Shown here piece by piece: positions 1 to 13,209 of a stretch of DNA of 64,000 nt. This DNA is from Convolutriloba macropyga (taxonomy: Eukaryota). How positions within the stretch are numbered: the first letter of the stretch is position 1; the number at the start of each line of letters is the position of its first letter. A program made the position numbers and the translations under genes. The stretch spans positions 49,600,001 to 49,664,000 of the forward strand of contig NC_134470.1 in the NCBI RefSeq assembly GCF_964194025.1, written 5' to 3'. A model generated the notes under the pieces. That model was not told the DNA's origin and searched no databases. It saw nothing but the letters and a program-made list of their open reading frames with translations.

Positions 1-899
1 AGTTCTGCTAAAAAAGGACAAAATTTTTGCAGTTTATTAATCTTATTCCATCAAAATGAATTGCAACCAGATTTTCGTGAATGGCTTGTGTCAGTGACCT
101 GATAGAAAACATGAAAAAGTTAAAAAAAAAGAAATAGTAAAACATAAAGATGATTGAAGGGGTTGGGCTCCAAAGTAAGGTGATCTTAGACTTTCGTGAG
201 AAACAATTTTTTTGTTAGAACATAGAAAAGAAATTATAAAAAATTGTAGACTTTACAAACCTAAACTATGATAACAAACATCATCTGCAGTTCAATTAGT
301 TTATAAACCCAACCGCATCTAACAAATTAGAAAATGTATGCGAATCAATTTTGAGCTGTATGTTTGTTATTTATTGATGTTTATCCATTATCATGGAATA
401 GTAAATGAAATTTTTTGAACCATCCTAACTGAAGTAGCTTTTGAATGTAATTAGGAAACAAAACCACCTTATACGCCCCAAAAATCTCCTGAATTTCCTT
501 ACGTTAATCTTTTAACAAAAGTTAACTGTAAATAGTTTTTTTCAGGACGATGAAAACAAACGATTTTTGTAAAATCCGTCCCTAATCTCCTCTTTCTTGA
601 ATCTCCTAAACTTAATGTGACTAAATCTCTCTAATTTGGATTGAGATTAAACAAGCTTCAATCTCTAATTTGCCAAAAATAAAAAAAATCGTCTTTCCAC
701 ATCTGAGTTGTTTAGCTACCGTGTCCTTAATCCAAGTTATGGGTCCAACCTTCAATCTTTTGATTGGCCAATAGAGTTTTTGTGGATTTGGTAGTGTCAG
801 TGTTGGCAGCTTTTCCTTCTAAAGACTGACGAGATTTTTCTCATTTATATTTTGAGATTTCGTTCCTGTAAAATATCTAAGTTCATGATAAAGAATTTC

Positions 900-1620
900 A
901 AACTTCAAAATGAAGGCATACAACAACAGCATGAAAAGGATGATGTTAGGTACTACTCAACATGGATTACCTGTTTTTCTGCCTTTGCACAAACCAAGTG
1001 CCTCTTCAAAACGCTCACAGTCAGAGTTGAACTACATGACAGGCAAGCACCACTGATGAAAGACGCAAATGTTGAACGAAAACGATAATACGAGCCACAG
1101 AAGCAAGCGAGAGCTACAGCAACACTGGCGAATGATGGCCTCAAAAAGCAGATTTGGTCCTACTTGGCAATGACATCAGACGTCATTGGCCTTATTCCAA
1201 CTCGGCATGAGTGGTTGAACAAGGGTCACGGAATTGGAAAGAAAGCCTGTCAACTTTTGCAGCAGTGATTCAGAAATGATGAGACCTCCAAGGTCTTAAG
1301 TCTGATCAGATAGTTGGCCCAACTACAAATGTGTAAAGAAAGGGGCAATGATTAGTGTTTCATCAGAGTGCAAGAACTGGCCACTCGCTTGCATCATGCT
1401 GATGTGCTGCTCACGAAATTGTTGTTTAATCAAAGTTTTTTGAATAGCCTTCCACAAAAACACGGGCACCTTTGTACTGCAGGAGAACTTCGACCCTGCA
1501 GACAGCTTTTTGCAACTGTGGACGCCTCTCACTAATTTTATGGAGAACAACAGACAGACAGAAGATGTGGAGGAGAATCAGCAGGTTGCCACGTCTGAAT
1601 GCATTTGATCATATTGGTTT
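900..1620 (+). pseudogene. Copia gag remnant with stops/frameshifts
   Basis: Manual translation KKACQLLQQ*FRNDETSKVLSLIR*LAQLQM...FIRVQELATRLHHAD...LFNQSFLNSLPQKH resembles Copia Gag (UBN2/Retrotran_gag_2 type). Confidence 0.65.
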
Positions 1621-1699
1621 ACACCATTGATTCAAATAAAATCCTGGGAAGATGTTTTCCGAACATGGTAGTTTTCAAGATCATAGATTGTATTTTGTT

Positions 1700-3830
1700 T
1701 GTAACGAACCCGGACAATTAGCAGCTAGTTGTTACCAGAAAGACAACTCTTTCTTTGTTATATGCAAGGCTACAGGCCCCCTAGCGAGTGCATGTAAACA
1801 TCAACAAATAGTCCTCAAAAGCAAAATGAATTTTTTCAAACGAAAGCTAAGTCAGCAAAAAAGACTTGGACACTTCAATTTTGAGATATGTTACAAACAA
1901 AAGAGAGGTCTTTCTGAATAATAATCTTTGAGGAAAATTTTTCGAAAAAACACCTTTTTCAAATACAAGCCGTAAAAAACTACTCAAAAAGTAGAAATCG
2001 TTTACTCTGACGTCAATGAACCAGTTAGTGTACCAGGCCTAGGTTGCTCCGGATTAGCAATTATTCTCAAGTATGAATTTAGTGGCTCCCGAGTAGTAAA
2101 AATAAAAAAAAAACACAATTAAAGCAATGCGCTTTTCCTAGGTGCAGATTGCAGGATTGGATTTGAGCTGTAGATATAGCATGTTATGCACAAAATTTAG
2201 CTACAAAAAAACAGCAAATTCTGTTTAAAAAAGCTTTTGGGTAGAAAACGAATAAGCGACCATATAAATATATTTGCCTGTGCAGCCTATTAAAAAGAAT
2301 CGTAGTTCCATTCAAAAAAATCAGAGTTTGAAGCAGAAGCTACAAAATGCCAGACACTCTGATATTCTTTATTTGAGACTCTGATAATACAGTAGCATAA
2401 TGGTTGCAAAACAAAAACCAGGCACATTTTTTTCTAGAAAATTTGTTTCAATAGTAACAACCTGCTGGGATTTCAAACTAAAACTAAGTATTTAGAAAAC
2501 AGCTTCATATACTTGGACTTGGGCGAAGAAAGAGAAAAACTTCAGGATACAAGAAACTCAAGAAAGTAAAACTCATGGTTTGATATCACTCAAACAGAGG
2601 TAATTCAGGAATGTCCAGACAATACGCACACTGAAGTTGAAAAAGAAATTAAACAAGAAGAACCAAGTCCAAGAGTTTACAAAAAAAAGTACTAAGAAAC
2701 TTCACTCCTAAAGTAGGAATAAAAAAATAGCGTACAAAAACAGTCAAGACCACAAATAAAGGTAAACTAATTCGAATAGCATTTTTTTCGGTGACCGAAA
2801 ATTTAAGCAAATTTGATCAGATAACGAGCAAAGGATAAGATTGATAAAAAGAAGCAGCACAAGATGAAGAAGTAAAACGAGTGAAAAGTCTTGATCACCT
2901 TTGGAACAATATGACAGAAGCAAACAACATGCTGTACAAATTACAATAACAAAAGTCTTGATTATGCTCGACACATTTGAAGAAGCTATTACTTCAGAAT
3001 AAAAAGACGATTGGAGAGAAACATTGAAAATGGTCACTGAAAGTTTCAATCAATCTGGAGCTCGGCATTTAGTTCCAGAGAAAAAAAGACAAAAAATATT
3101 AATCTTCTCCGGTAGATATATAAATATGACGCAAACGGAAACAAAGATATGTTTAAAGTTCGTAAAGTATCAAAAAAACATTAAACAAATTGAGGGAAGT
3201 GGATATTTAGATAATCTTGTTGTCACAAACAAAAAAGAAACAATACTACTTTTTTCAATTTCAAAAACTTCTTTATATATCATTGATGTAAAAGCAGATT
3301 GCTTGCATCTTTAAATGGAAAAAGTAGACTATATAGACCAACCAAAAGCTTTTGAAAATAAGACAAAAAGTGCAGCAAGTCAATTTGCAAGCTAAAAACC
3401 AAAAAACAGAATGAGGCTAGCAGCCAAAAATTGTTGTCCACAGCTTCCAAATATTCAATTACAGCAACGTTTTGGGAGAAAGAAACAATATTACTGCCTT
3501 TTTCTACCAACGAAATAAAGATTAAGAAAAACCAGATAAAGAAAAATTGTTTGCTTTAACGTCAACACACAAATAAAAAAATGAAAATGTTATCCGTTGT
3601 AAATTTAAAAAAGATGACAGAGGAAGTATTGAACGGCCTCTTGATGTGGGAATTCTTAAGACAGATAGAATGATAACATGGGATCAAGAAAAATACACTC
3701 AAAAATTTTAGAACAGTTCAATTTGCAGGTTTGTAAATCAGGCAAAACAACAGCAAAACAGAAATTTGAATCTTGAAGTAGTTCAAAAAGATTTAGTAAA
3801 AATAAATATAAACATGCTGAGAAATATAGT
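1700..3830 (+). mobile_element. Unidentified A-rich degenerate insert replacing the Copia protease/integrase region (possibly a nested LTR element)
   Basis: Begins TGTAAC (LTR-like start); TGG-initiated PBS-like tggctcccga near 2083; purine-rich broken ORFs; no diagnostic domain recognised. Confidence 0.25.
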
Positions 3831-3849
3831 TGTTCCTTAGTTTAACTAG

Positions 3850-4440
3850 CTAATAAAACAGACAGGTTATCACGTCGATCAGAAAGATTTTATCACCTCT
3901 CATATATAACCGAACTATTGAAATTTTCATGAACTATTGATGGCAAGTGCTTGTTGAGATAACTACAACATACAAATCGCTTCGACTCATGTTACCATCA
4001 ACCAGCAGCACCACACCAGTATTCAAAACAGATGCAGACTGCATTTGAGACGTCAATGATAGATGATCATACTATTTTAATCTGCCAGTTAGTGGTGGCC
4101 GGTCTTTCCGTTGGCAAGTCAAGAAGCAATAAATAGTGTCACTCGCCAGGGTACGCACTGTGGGGTACGCTCAGTGTGAGCCCAGAGCTAAGGAAGAGGA
4201 CAATCAAAATTGCATAAAACTAGCTTGCAGTTAACCTGGCGTTTTTCAAACTATCAAAACACATTGAGCCGAAGTGTCATTTCATCCGCGATCGTGTTGA
4301 TGACAGCACAATCAAATTGTGCTACACCTCAACATAAGCAAGGGCAGCAGATTTTCTCACGAAATCACTTTTGCATCAAACAGTAGAACAACACTGAGAA
4401 GAACTTTTGGTCGAATCCAGATTCTTACCTAGTGCCAACA
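3850..4440 (+). pseudogene. Copia RT C-terminus/RNase H remnant
   Basis: Degenerate motifs TDADC (for DADW), SGG..WQVKKQ, EDNQNCIKLA, SKHIEPKCHFIRDRV, AADFLTKSL. Confidence 0.8.
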
Positions 4441-5761
4441 ATCTGAAGTGGTAGTTTCTAAAGGATCTCAATTGAAGTATTTGCTTAAACGTAATTTTTA
4501 TATGACACCGCTTTTTACGCCCCAAATTTGATTACGCCTCTAATCTGATATGTCAATCTTATGCTAAAACAGCCTGAAAATATTATCTTTGTTTGTCAAA
4601 CTATAAATACGACCAATTGTTGTTAAATTTGTCACTCTTCTCTTCTCTTTTCAATCTCCTAAAATGAATTTTGCCTGGTTTTCTGTAAACAGGTTTCAAG
4701 CTCTAACATACCAATACTTCTCAGGCCTCATCGGGGTTGTTGCGCTACCGTGTACTTAATCTTCCTAAAAATCTTCTCATCAATAACGTTGTTAGATTCT
4801 ATATCAATAACGTTGTAGATCGGATCCAAACACAAAGTAACACATCAAAAACAACTAGAATCAGTTGTGCATAATTAGCGTTGAAGATGTGAGGAAACCA
4901 TATCCAAACATAACAAAAATTTTTCACTACTGCGAATAACAAAATCATAGCGAGGAACTGGAAGAAATTGTTCGAGGAAAGTTTATTTAAAAGCAGGATA
5001 AGAAGAAACGTGTCAGCTTTTTTTAAACTCTTCGTGTTAAGGAAAAATGCTGAAGCGTAAAGCTTTTAGAACAATAAAATTTTTTGAACGGAACTTTGAC
5101 CAGGTTGTACCTGTGGGTTCTAGCATCTGCAAATCTTGGTAAAGAATTTTATAAATTCACTCTGTAGCACTTATCGTTAATTTGGGCCTTCTCCATTATA
5201 GCCCCCCCCCCACGTTTATCACGGTCCCCCACGTTTATCATAGTACGGGGTGGGTGAAGGGTGCTGTTCGTTAAGCACTTGGCGGGAGACACGTCAAAAA
5301 AGCTGTTAATTTTGTTACCCAGTTTACCCTGTTTGAATGATTTTTTCCTCAATCCCTGGAAAATAATTGCAATCGTCGGTTTTTTGACAAAAAGAACGAA
5401 AACATATATCTTGGGTATCGTCATTTTGTTCAGCTTAAGACTTCACTGCATTCGTTTTGCAATGAAAATAGTTTTTGTTCGTGTCGATTTTTTAAAACAA
5501 CCTACTGAAGTATATTATCATAATAAGTACAAGTCATATTAGTATATTATAAGTATAAGATTTCGTATATTATCAAACGGAACAAAAGACCCAGCGACAA
5601 AAAAAAACAAATTGTATTCTGTTGTCAAGCTTCCACGAAACAGTCCATTTTGGTTAAAACTTTTTCAGAATACAGGGTATCATTCAAGCTGTTTTTGAAG
5701 CCCAAATAATAAAAAAAAATCTTCCCGGTAATAAGTTTTAATCAAAATTTTGTGTACTAAC

Positions 5762-5960
5762 CGATCATATCTGATACGCTGCAGCATCCCCTGTTGGGCC
5801 ACCTGGCTACTCTAGAGTGGACTTTGAAGTAACAGAAGACAGCGAAGGGTTTGAAGAGATTGGAATCGACAAACACCTTGTTGCTCTTCTGCAGAGGGAA
5901 TGAAGAGTTCTCAACCACACTCGCAACTAGAATGTTGTACTCTGGCTTGCCCATCGAGAG
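5762..5960 (-). CDS. Internal exon (LSMGKPEYNILVASVVENSSFPLQKSNKVFVD...), possibly of the FN3-like minus-strand gene
   Basis: GC-richer open frame bounded by acceptor tgttgtag and donor GTTAGT; phase 0 in, phase 1 out. Link to the upstream exons is not shown. Confidence 0.6.
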
Positions 5961-6283
5961 CTACAACACACCAAGATATCTTTAATGGGATCTCGCTTGT
6001 AAATAATCATGCGTCTGCGAAAAAAAATAGTTACTGAAATCTAGTAGTCATAACTACTAAAAATAAATTATACGTAGGTAAAATAGTAAATTTGTTTTTT
6101 TCAACCAAAATAAAACAACAGTGTTTTCTTATTTTCTTGGAGTTTCTCACAGTTAAAAACGTCCATGCGAGACAGTGCATGTGTTTGTTTTAGATATTAA
6201 AATATGCTATATCGTTTTACTGCGAGATATCCTATGAATCTTTTGTAGAGCCACCGACAGGATTACTTCATTAGTTTTATATT

Positions 6284-6306
6284 NNNNNNNNNNNNNNNNN
6301 NNNNNN
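6284..6306. other. Assembly gap (23 N)
   Basis: Run of N. Confidence 1.
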
Positions 6307-6309
6307 TAT

Positions 6310-8435
6310 TAGAGAAAATTGTTCTTAAGTTATTGATGCCGTTTCAGATCCGCCATTTCTGATATGTGTTGTGTGATGTTGTGTGCGGTGTTTGAGTCGG
6401 TTGCGCTTGGTCCCTTTTGTTGTTATTTTTTCTATCTATTTTTTCTGGATTTTTAGGAGGAACCACTCTACCGTGACTGAATGCACACAGAGTTTTGTTT
6501 TTTTTTGTTCCATTGTCTGTTCTTTTGGTGACTGGTCGTTTGGATTAGTTGAAAACTTGTATATCGTTTTAAACATTTTGTTCGCTAAATTTTTGTTTTT
6601 TTTTCGGCACGTTGCTATCTTTTTCACCTCATATTTTAAAGTTTGGATTTCTTGTTCCCATTGTTCTTTCTACCGTTCCAATTCCAGTGTGGAGAAATGG
6701 TTTTATGAGTTCGGAATCCATCAGGTTTTTGTTTAGAAATTATTGCTATATTTTGCATTCAAAACTTCCAGCGGAATCGGTTTCGATGACATATGGGTAT
6801 TTGTTGTCTTTATTAATATCATTTATGAAGTTTATCTTGCAATTGGCACCGACATTATTGGTTATTTCGTTGTTTGTCCATTTAGAGTACCCATTCACTC
6901 AGACTAATAATAGTACTTACTTTATTTGATATTCTTGGTTAACTGTAGGTACATTTTTTCGCTTTCGGTTTTTCGACGCATTCTATTTTCGGTTTTGGGA
7001 ATTTTGGTTGTTGAGTTTTTACCTATCCTAAACATATTAACAATTGGTAATGGTCTCTGATGCCATGTTCGGCCAGTATGCCAATTTCCCGTATGTCTTC
7101 ATTTTTGCTTGTCCCGTACGTGTAAACGTCTGAGAACCGATAGGAACCCTCTTCGTCGTCTTTTTGTATAAATTGATTAGCATGTGCTATCTACACACAC
7201 ATAGTTTTGCCCAAACTGTGTTTCAGCTGTATATATCCTATTGGTAAGTTTTCTGATGGTCTGTCGAGGATAGATTGTCGGAGAGCCAAAGGTTCATTGA
7301 AAGTCTTCTCGATAAAAACCATTTAAAAACCATTGAGAAAATGTCACAAATTATTACAATTAATGTGATTTGGATTTATACACATTTGTCAATTCCTTGG
7401 ATCGTGTCAGATTATCTGGACTGGAAAGCCGTGCATTTAAATCTTAGATCACTTCACCATTTTGACGCTTCCTATCTATGCTGCGCTATTATGAGAATCA
7501 TTTCTTCGCTTTTCCCGTATGATTTATGTTTCCAGTGAAATATGCCTAAAGTACTGGTTGACTGTTGTCGCAAGTGGTTTTGATAGTTCTGAGGCGCGTG
7601 TTTTATGGTACAATACTGGAGCAAGTTGAAATTCGCTGTTATGAAAATTTGGAATTTTTCTTTTTACATTTTTCTGTTTTGGCGGTCTTGTTGTATGTTG
7701 TCGGTTTCTATAAAGTGTATTTAAGCAGATTTGCTCGAGTTGGTTTAGTGCAGAAAGCTATTATTGAATGACCAGTTCAGTGGCTGCTCTCCTACACAAG
7801 TTATGTATTTTGTTATTAATTGCTTGTCTCAAACATTCATGCTCGAGGTTGGCACGCTGGTGTTGTTTGAAAGAGGGTGAGTATTCCAATTTCTTGCGTT
7901 ATAAGTGGTTCAGAAAATTGTTCATCTTAAACATTGTAGTCTGAGATCTTAGTTTGAGAACATCTTAGTCTGAGATATTGACGACAATTTTTTTGGGGAT
8001 AAAGTTTTTTTGCGACAATGTGCCTCCGAGTACTAACGTTCTAGCGCAACCAGCCATTTCGCTTTTCAGTGGCCGTAGTGAGTTAAAAAAACAGTGTTAT
8101 GTTGGGTTTACTTTTAGATGCCAGATGCCTCTTGTTCCCACTCCCTTGTTTTTGGTTGACTTTTCGGACAGTTTTCCCAAAGTTTTTGTTTAAATGATAG
8201 TTTTGGGGTGATTTTACCTAGATATTGGATTGATCTGCTAAATGAACCCAGTTCTTCAAATTTTCCTTTTATCTCTAATCCAAATATTGCGTCTGCTGCT
8301 TCAGTTTTGGGTCCAACTCCAAAATCATAGGAGTTTCATGTTAACCAATTGATGATTCGCATGAAAAACTTTGTTTTCTCGTCTGATGTTCTGTATCCAA
8401 CTTTTTCTAGATTTGTCATAATTTCCCCACATTTT
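6310..8435 (-). mobile_element. Degenerate coding-like element on minus strand, probably the downstream part of the element at 13210-14510
   Basis: Same strong A-rich minus-strand bias and broken ORFs as 13210-14510; no RT/endonuclease motif recognised. Confidence 0.3.
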
Positions 8436-8739
8436 CCCGGGCCGAGGAATTTGGCCAAAATTATGTAAGATCAGCGGCAACTAGCGTTGACCAGTCGGAA
8501 AATTCACCGCAATTTTCTTACATAATTTTGCGTTGAATGCGTTGAATTTAAAGACAAAATTTCAACGCATTCAGCGCAAAATTATGTAAGAAATGGCGGT
8601 GAATTTTCCAACTTGTCAACGCTAGTTGCCGCTGATCTTACATATTTTGTGTTGAAATTTAGCGTAGATCTTACATATTTAGCGTTGAATTTAGCGTAGA
8701 TCTGACATATTTTTGCGTTGAATTTAGCGTTGATCTTAC

Positions 8740-8860
8740 AAAAAATCAACGCGTAGAACTCTGGGTATGGGACTCGAACCACTGACCTCCTGTTTACTTG
8801 TCGCCTACTCTACCATTGCGCCACCGTACCTTGGTTGCCTTAAGAGCCGCAATCCTTATA
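8740..8860 (-). ncRNA. tRNA-like Pol III unit (pseudo-tRNA / SINE head)
   Basis: 5' end at 8830; A box TGGCGCAATGG at +8 (8823-8813); B box GGTTCGAGTCC (8780-8770); acceptor GGTACGG/CCATACC pairs 6/7; TATAA at -30; T6 at 8745-8740. Anticodon arm unpaired and T stem truncated. Confidence 0.7.
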
Positions 8861-9534
8861 AAACGTAGATCTTACATATTTTGCGTTGAATTTAGCGTAG
8901 ATCTTACATATTTTGCGTTGATTTTAGCGTAGACCTTACATATTTTGCATTGAATTTAGCTTAGAACTTGCAAATATTTCGTTGAATTTAGCCTAGCTCT
9001 TACATATTTTTCGTTGAATTTAGCCGAGATCTTACATAATTTCAGCGTATTCAACACATTTATCATGTGAGAAGTACTGGGAAAATTTAAAAAATTTTGA
9101 AAAAATTTGAATTCCTAAAATGGTCTGAAAAGGTTTTCGCACCGTAAGAGAGTAAATGGTTATTTCTTGCTGACTTCATTATTCTCAATTTTGCAGTATA
9201 GGGGTCAGAACAGTAAAAAAATAATTTTTTGAAAAAAAACTTGAAAAGTTTGAAATCTTCAAATGGTCTGAATTGGATTTTGCACTATAAAAGAGCACTA
9301 AAAGAAGATTTTTTCTGACTTTTTGTTACTCACCTTTGGACTATAGGGTTCGAAATAGTGAAAAAATTAATCTTTCGAAAAAAAAACTTGAAAAAGTTTT
9401 GAAATCGTAAATTACTCTGAAACGGATTTTGCACTATAAAAGAGCACTAAAATGTGATTTGTCTCACCTGTGCAGTATAGGGTCGAAACAGTTAAAAAAT
9501 TTTTGGCAATGAATTTTTGGAAAAACGTTGAAGA

Positions 9535-10704
9535 TTGGCAATGAACGCGTTGAATTTACGTAAGATCTACGCTAAATTCAACGCTAAATATGTAAGATCA
9601 ACTCTAAAATTCAAGGCTAAAAATGTAAGATCTAAGCCAAAATTCAACGCAAAATTATGTAAGATTGGCGTTGAATGCGTAGAATTTATGTAAGATCTAG
9701 GCTAAAGTCAACGCTAAATATGTAAGATCTACGCTAAAATTCAACGCTAAAAATGTAAAATCTACACCAAAATTCAACGCAAAATTATGTAAGATTGGCG
9801 TTGAATGCGTTGAATTTATGTAAGATCTACGCTAAATTCAACGCTAATTTTGTAAGATCTACGCTAAAATTCAACGCTAAATATGTAAGATCTACGCCAA
9901 ATTTTAACGCAAAATATGTAAGATTGACGTTGAATGCGTTGAATTTATGTAAGATCTATGCTAAATTCAACGCTAAATATGTAAGATCTACGCTAAAATT
10001 CAACGCTGAATATGTAAGATCTACGCCAAATTTTAACGCACAATATGTAAGATTGGCTTTGAATGCGTTGAATTTATGTAAGATCTACGCTAAATTCAAC
10101 GCTAAATATGTAAGATCTACGCTAAAATTCAACGCTAAATATGTAAGATCTACACCAAAATTCAACGCAAAATTATGTAAGATTGGCGTTGAATGCGTTG
10201 AATTTATGTAAGATCTACGCTAAACTCAACGCTAAATTTGTAAGATCTACGCTAAAATTCAACGCGAAATATGTAAGATCTACGCCAAATTTTAACGCAA
10301 ATCATGTAAGATTGGCGTTGAATGCGTTGAATTTATGTAAGATCTACGCTAAATTCAACGCTAAATATGTAATATCTACGCCAAAATTCAACGCAAAATT
10401 ATGTGAGATTGGCGTTGAATGCGTTGAATTTATGTAAGATCTACGCCAAATTCAACGCTAAATATGTAAGATCTACGCTAAAATTCAACTCTAAATATGT
10501 AAGATATACGCCAAATTTCAACACAAAATATGTAAGATTGGCGTTGAATGCGTTGAATTTATGTAAGATCTACGCTAAATTCAACGCTAAATATGTAAGA
10601 TTTACGCTAAATTTTAACGCTAAATATGTAAGATCTACGCCAAAATTCAACGCAAAATTATGTAAGATTGGCGTTGAATGCGTTGAATTTATATAAGATC
10701 TACG
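9535..10704 (+). repeat. Minisatellite of ~32-bp monomers with ~129-130-bp four-monomer higher-order repeat
   Basis: Monomers begin tgtaagat; consensus tgtaagatctacgctaaattcaacgctaaata, with tgtaagattggcgttgaatgcgttgaattta about every fourth unit. Confidence 0.95.
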
Positions 10705-13205
10705 GGCCAGTAACAGAGGGGGGCAAAAACACAGGCGGAACAACGACCAAAGAATTCTAGAAAGAATTAATCGCTGGAACAGCGGAGACTTTGGAGGGCT
10801 ATGGAACGAAGCTTGCTCTTTGAAACAATCAAAACGATCAAACGATACAAACTCCGAAGAGATTATCAAACGTGCAAAAAATTTATGTTTCCAGGGCCAA
10901 TATGGCAGAGCAGCAAAAGTTTTGGCTTCTGATGGTTTTGCACCAGTCAACAAGGCAACTCTCGATAGTTTGAAAAAATTGCATCCCCCTGAAGAAAAGC
11001 CTATTGTAGTCCAAAATTTTTCATCACAAGCCTATTAATTCAGTGAGGAAAATGTTTCGGAACAGATGAACTCGTTTTCAAGATTTACAGCAGCTGGTCC
11101 TTCAAAAATGTTTCCCGAACATCTTTTGCATGCTGTACAGTGTACCGCTTCAGATCAGTCACAAGTCACCTTGAGAGTACTGACTAAGCTTGTAAACATA
11201 AGCTGCCGTGGGGAACTTCACGAATTCGTTTCACAAGCTCTATGTAGTGCCTCTTTATCAGCCTTGCTGAAAAAGAAAGGCGGTATTCGCCCTATTGCAC
11301 TCGGAGATGTCTTGAGAAGGCCAAAAGCTAATTTTTTAGCCAAGGAAGCAAATTTAGAAGCAAAGGAACTTTTCCAGAGCCTGCAATTGGGTGTGGGAGT
11401 GAAGGGAGGAGTGGAAGCCGTCATACATTCGACTAAGACTTCGTATGAAAAAATACTCACTTCGTCCAGTTCCTCGGGTATTTTGCAAAATGACTTTTGC
11501 AATGCATTCAATTCGATAAAACGCAGTGAAATGCTGAAAGCCGTTGCAAATTCATTGCCAGGCATTGCTGCTTTTACCAATTCCTGTTATTCACAACACA
11601 GCCAATTATTCTATGACAAATTTGTTGTTAGCAGTGAAAGCGGTATCCAACAAGGCGACTCATTAGGCCCTTTGCTTTTCTCTCTGACGCTCTGGCCCAT
11701 TATAATGAAAATTCAGGAAACTGCGCCAGAGCTTCAACAACATTCCTGGTATCTAGATGACGGTGTCTTGGTGGGCTCAGAGGACAATCTCATTAGATCT
11801 TGGGATCTTCTATGCCAGCTCGGACCTGATCGAGGCCTCCACATCAGGGTCAATAAGTGCGAACTGTGGTCCACGGTAGATTTACACAGACTGGATATAA
11901 GAATAAAACGAAATGATATTTCGGGCCTTGAGGTTCTTGGAGCTGCATTAGGAACCCTAGAGTTTGTCTGCATGAAACTTAACGAAAGGATAGGGAAAAT
12001 AGGGGTACTTTTCGGAAAGTTGGACTATCTTGATGACCCTCAGTGCGCCCTAGGTATCCTACCCCACTGTATTGGGTCCCCCAAAATGGTGTATTCTTTG
12101 CGTTGTCAAACGCCCACAGGTCCAGTTATTAAATCCCTAAAAGAATTTGATGCCCAACAGCGCGAAAAACTTGAGAGTATCCTTGGAACTGTTCTTCCAG
12201 AAGAATCCTGGACTCAAGCAACCCTGCTCATAACCCTTTCAGGTTTGGGTGTTCACCAATGCCAAGACCAGTATAAAGCATCCTACGTTGGTTCTGTTCT
12301 CTCCTCTGAAGATCTTGTTTCAAAAATAACCGTTGAAAGCCCAAAAAACTGCCAAGTTTTTCAGGATCTTTATTCCAGTATAGCACACCTGGACATTTCA
12401 AACCTCTCACAAAAGACGATTCAGCATTCTCTTGATAATGAAAAATTTCATGTTCTCAAAGAGAATCTAACTTGTGAGAGAGAATCCGCCCGACTTCTCT
12501 CATTGTCTGTTCGACATGCTGGAGCTTGGTTGTCTGCTCCCCCCATTCCAGCTCCTGGGCTTCATATGGCACCAAATGAGTTTAGAATTAGTGCAAAGTA
12601 CAGGTTGGGTGTCCCTGTCTACGACGCCGAAAGGAAGTGCCCGTTTTGTAAAGCAGGAGTTCTTGACATCTATGGGGATCATGCCATTGCGTGTCACGGT
12701 CGAGGAGACGAAATTGCAAGACATGACCGTATTCGAGATAAATTAGTGTCTGCTTGCTCATCTGCGAATCTCTCACCAGTAGTGGAAAAAAAGAAGCTAA
12801 TTCCAGAGAGCCAGTCACGCCCTGGAGACATCTTTGTCCCGACTTGGAAAGCGGGGAAACCTGCTGCATTTGATGTAACTGTTACTTCGTCGCTGCAATC
12901 CAACTCTCTCACTAATGCGGCTACAAAGGCAGGATACGCACTTGATGCAGCAGATGAAAGAAAATATTGTCTCCACGACAATAACTGCGCATCACATTGG
13001 GAATCACATTTGTTCCCCTTGCAATTGAAGTCCTTGGCGGGATATCGGCAACCTTCAAGAAAACACTCAAGCGGTTGGCTGTGTTAATTGACAATCGTTC
13101 CTTCCAAGCGCAGGGGTTGTCTGTAGCTTTTGTAAACTAATGCAATCCTTGTCAATCACCGCTATTCGGGGATCAGCCGAAATGTTGCTGGCACGGGCTC
13201 CCTAG
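10703..13205 (+). mobile_element. 5'-truncated non-LTR retrotransposon, CRE-like (RT + CCHC + restriction-like endonuclease), disrupted
   Basis: ORF 11066-13087 has GGIRPIALG, QLGVG, AFNSI, GIQQGDSLGPLLF, WYLDD, CPFC..HAIAC, RHD, RPGDI, FDVTV. The same frame extends up to 10703 through TAA 11036-11038. Frameshifts near 12995 and 13130; terminal ...MLLARAP* ends 13205. Confidence 0.9.
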
Positions 13206-13209
13206 TAGA

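Larger units (their letters stand above)
415..4765 (+). mobile_element. Ancient, internally deleted Ty1/Copia LTR retrotransposon (diverged LTRs ~415-735 and ~4457-4765)
   Basis: Both ends share degenerate blocks (tacgccccaaa; aatctcctaaa; ttcaa.ctctaa; gttgtt..gctaccgtgt.cttaatc). Copia-type PBS-like gttatgggtcca at 736-747. Gag and RT/RNase H remnants lie inside. Confidence 0.75.
8436..10704. mobile_element. Non-autonomous CCC-terminal (EnSpm/CACTA-like) element built from inverted 31-34-bp minisatellite arms; right terminus missing
   Basis: Starts cccgggccgagg (11/12 identical to the TIR of 51726-52232). Then ~200-bp palindrome 8455-8650, reverse-oriented units to ~9050, 3 x ~145-bp spacer repeats ~9090-9510, forward units ~9535-10704. 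Confidence 0.65.

Noticed and set aside
8764-8830. Functional tRNA gene
   Set aside because: Anticodon stem does not pair and the 3' strand of the T stem is largely missing.
9795-10696. Repetitive ORFs (KFNAKYVRST...)
   Set aside because: Translations of the minisatellite; frame shifts with monomer length.
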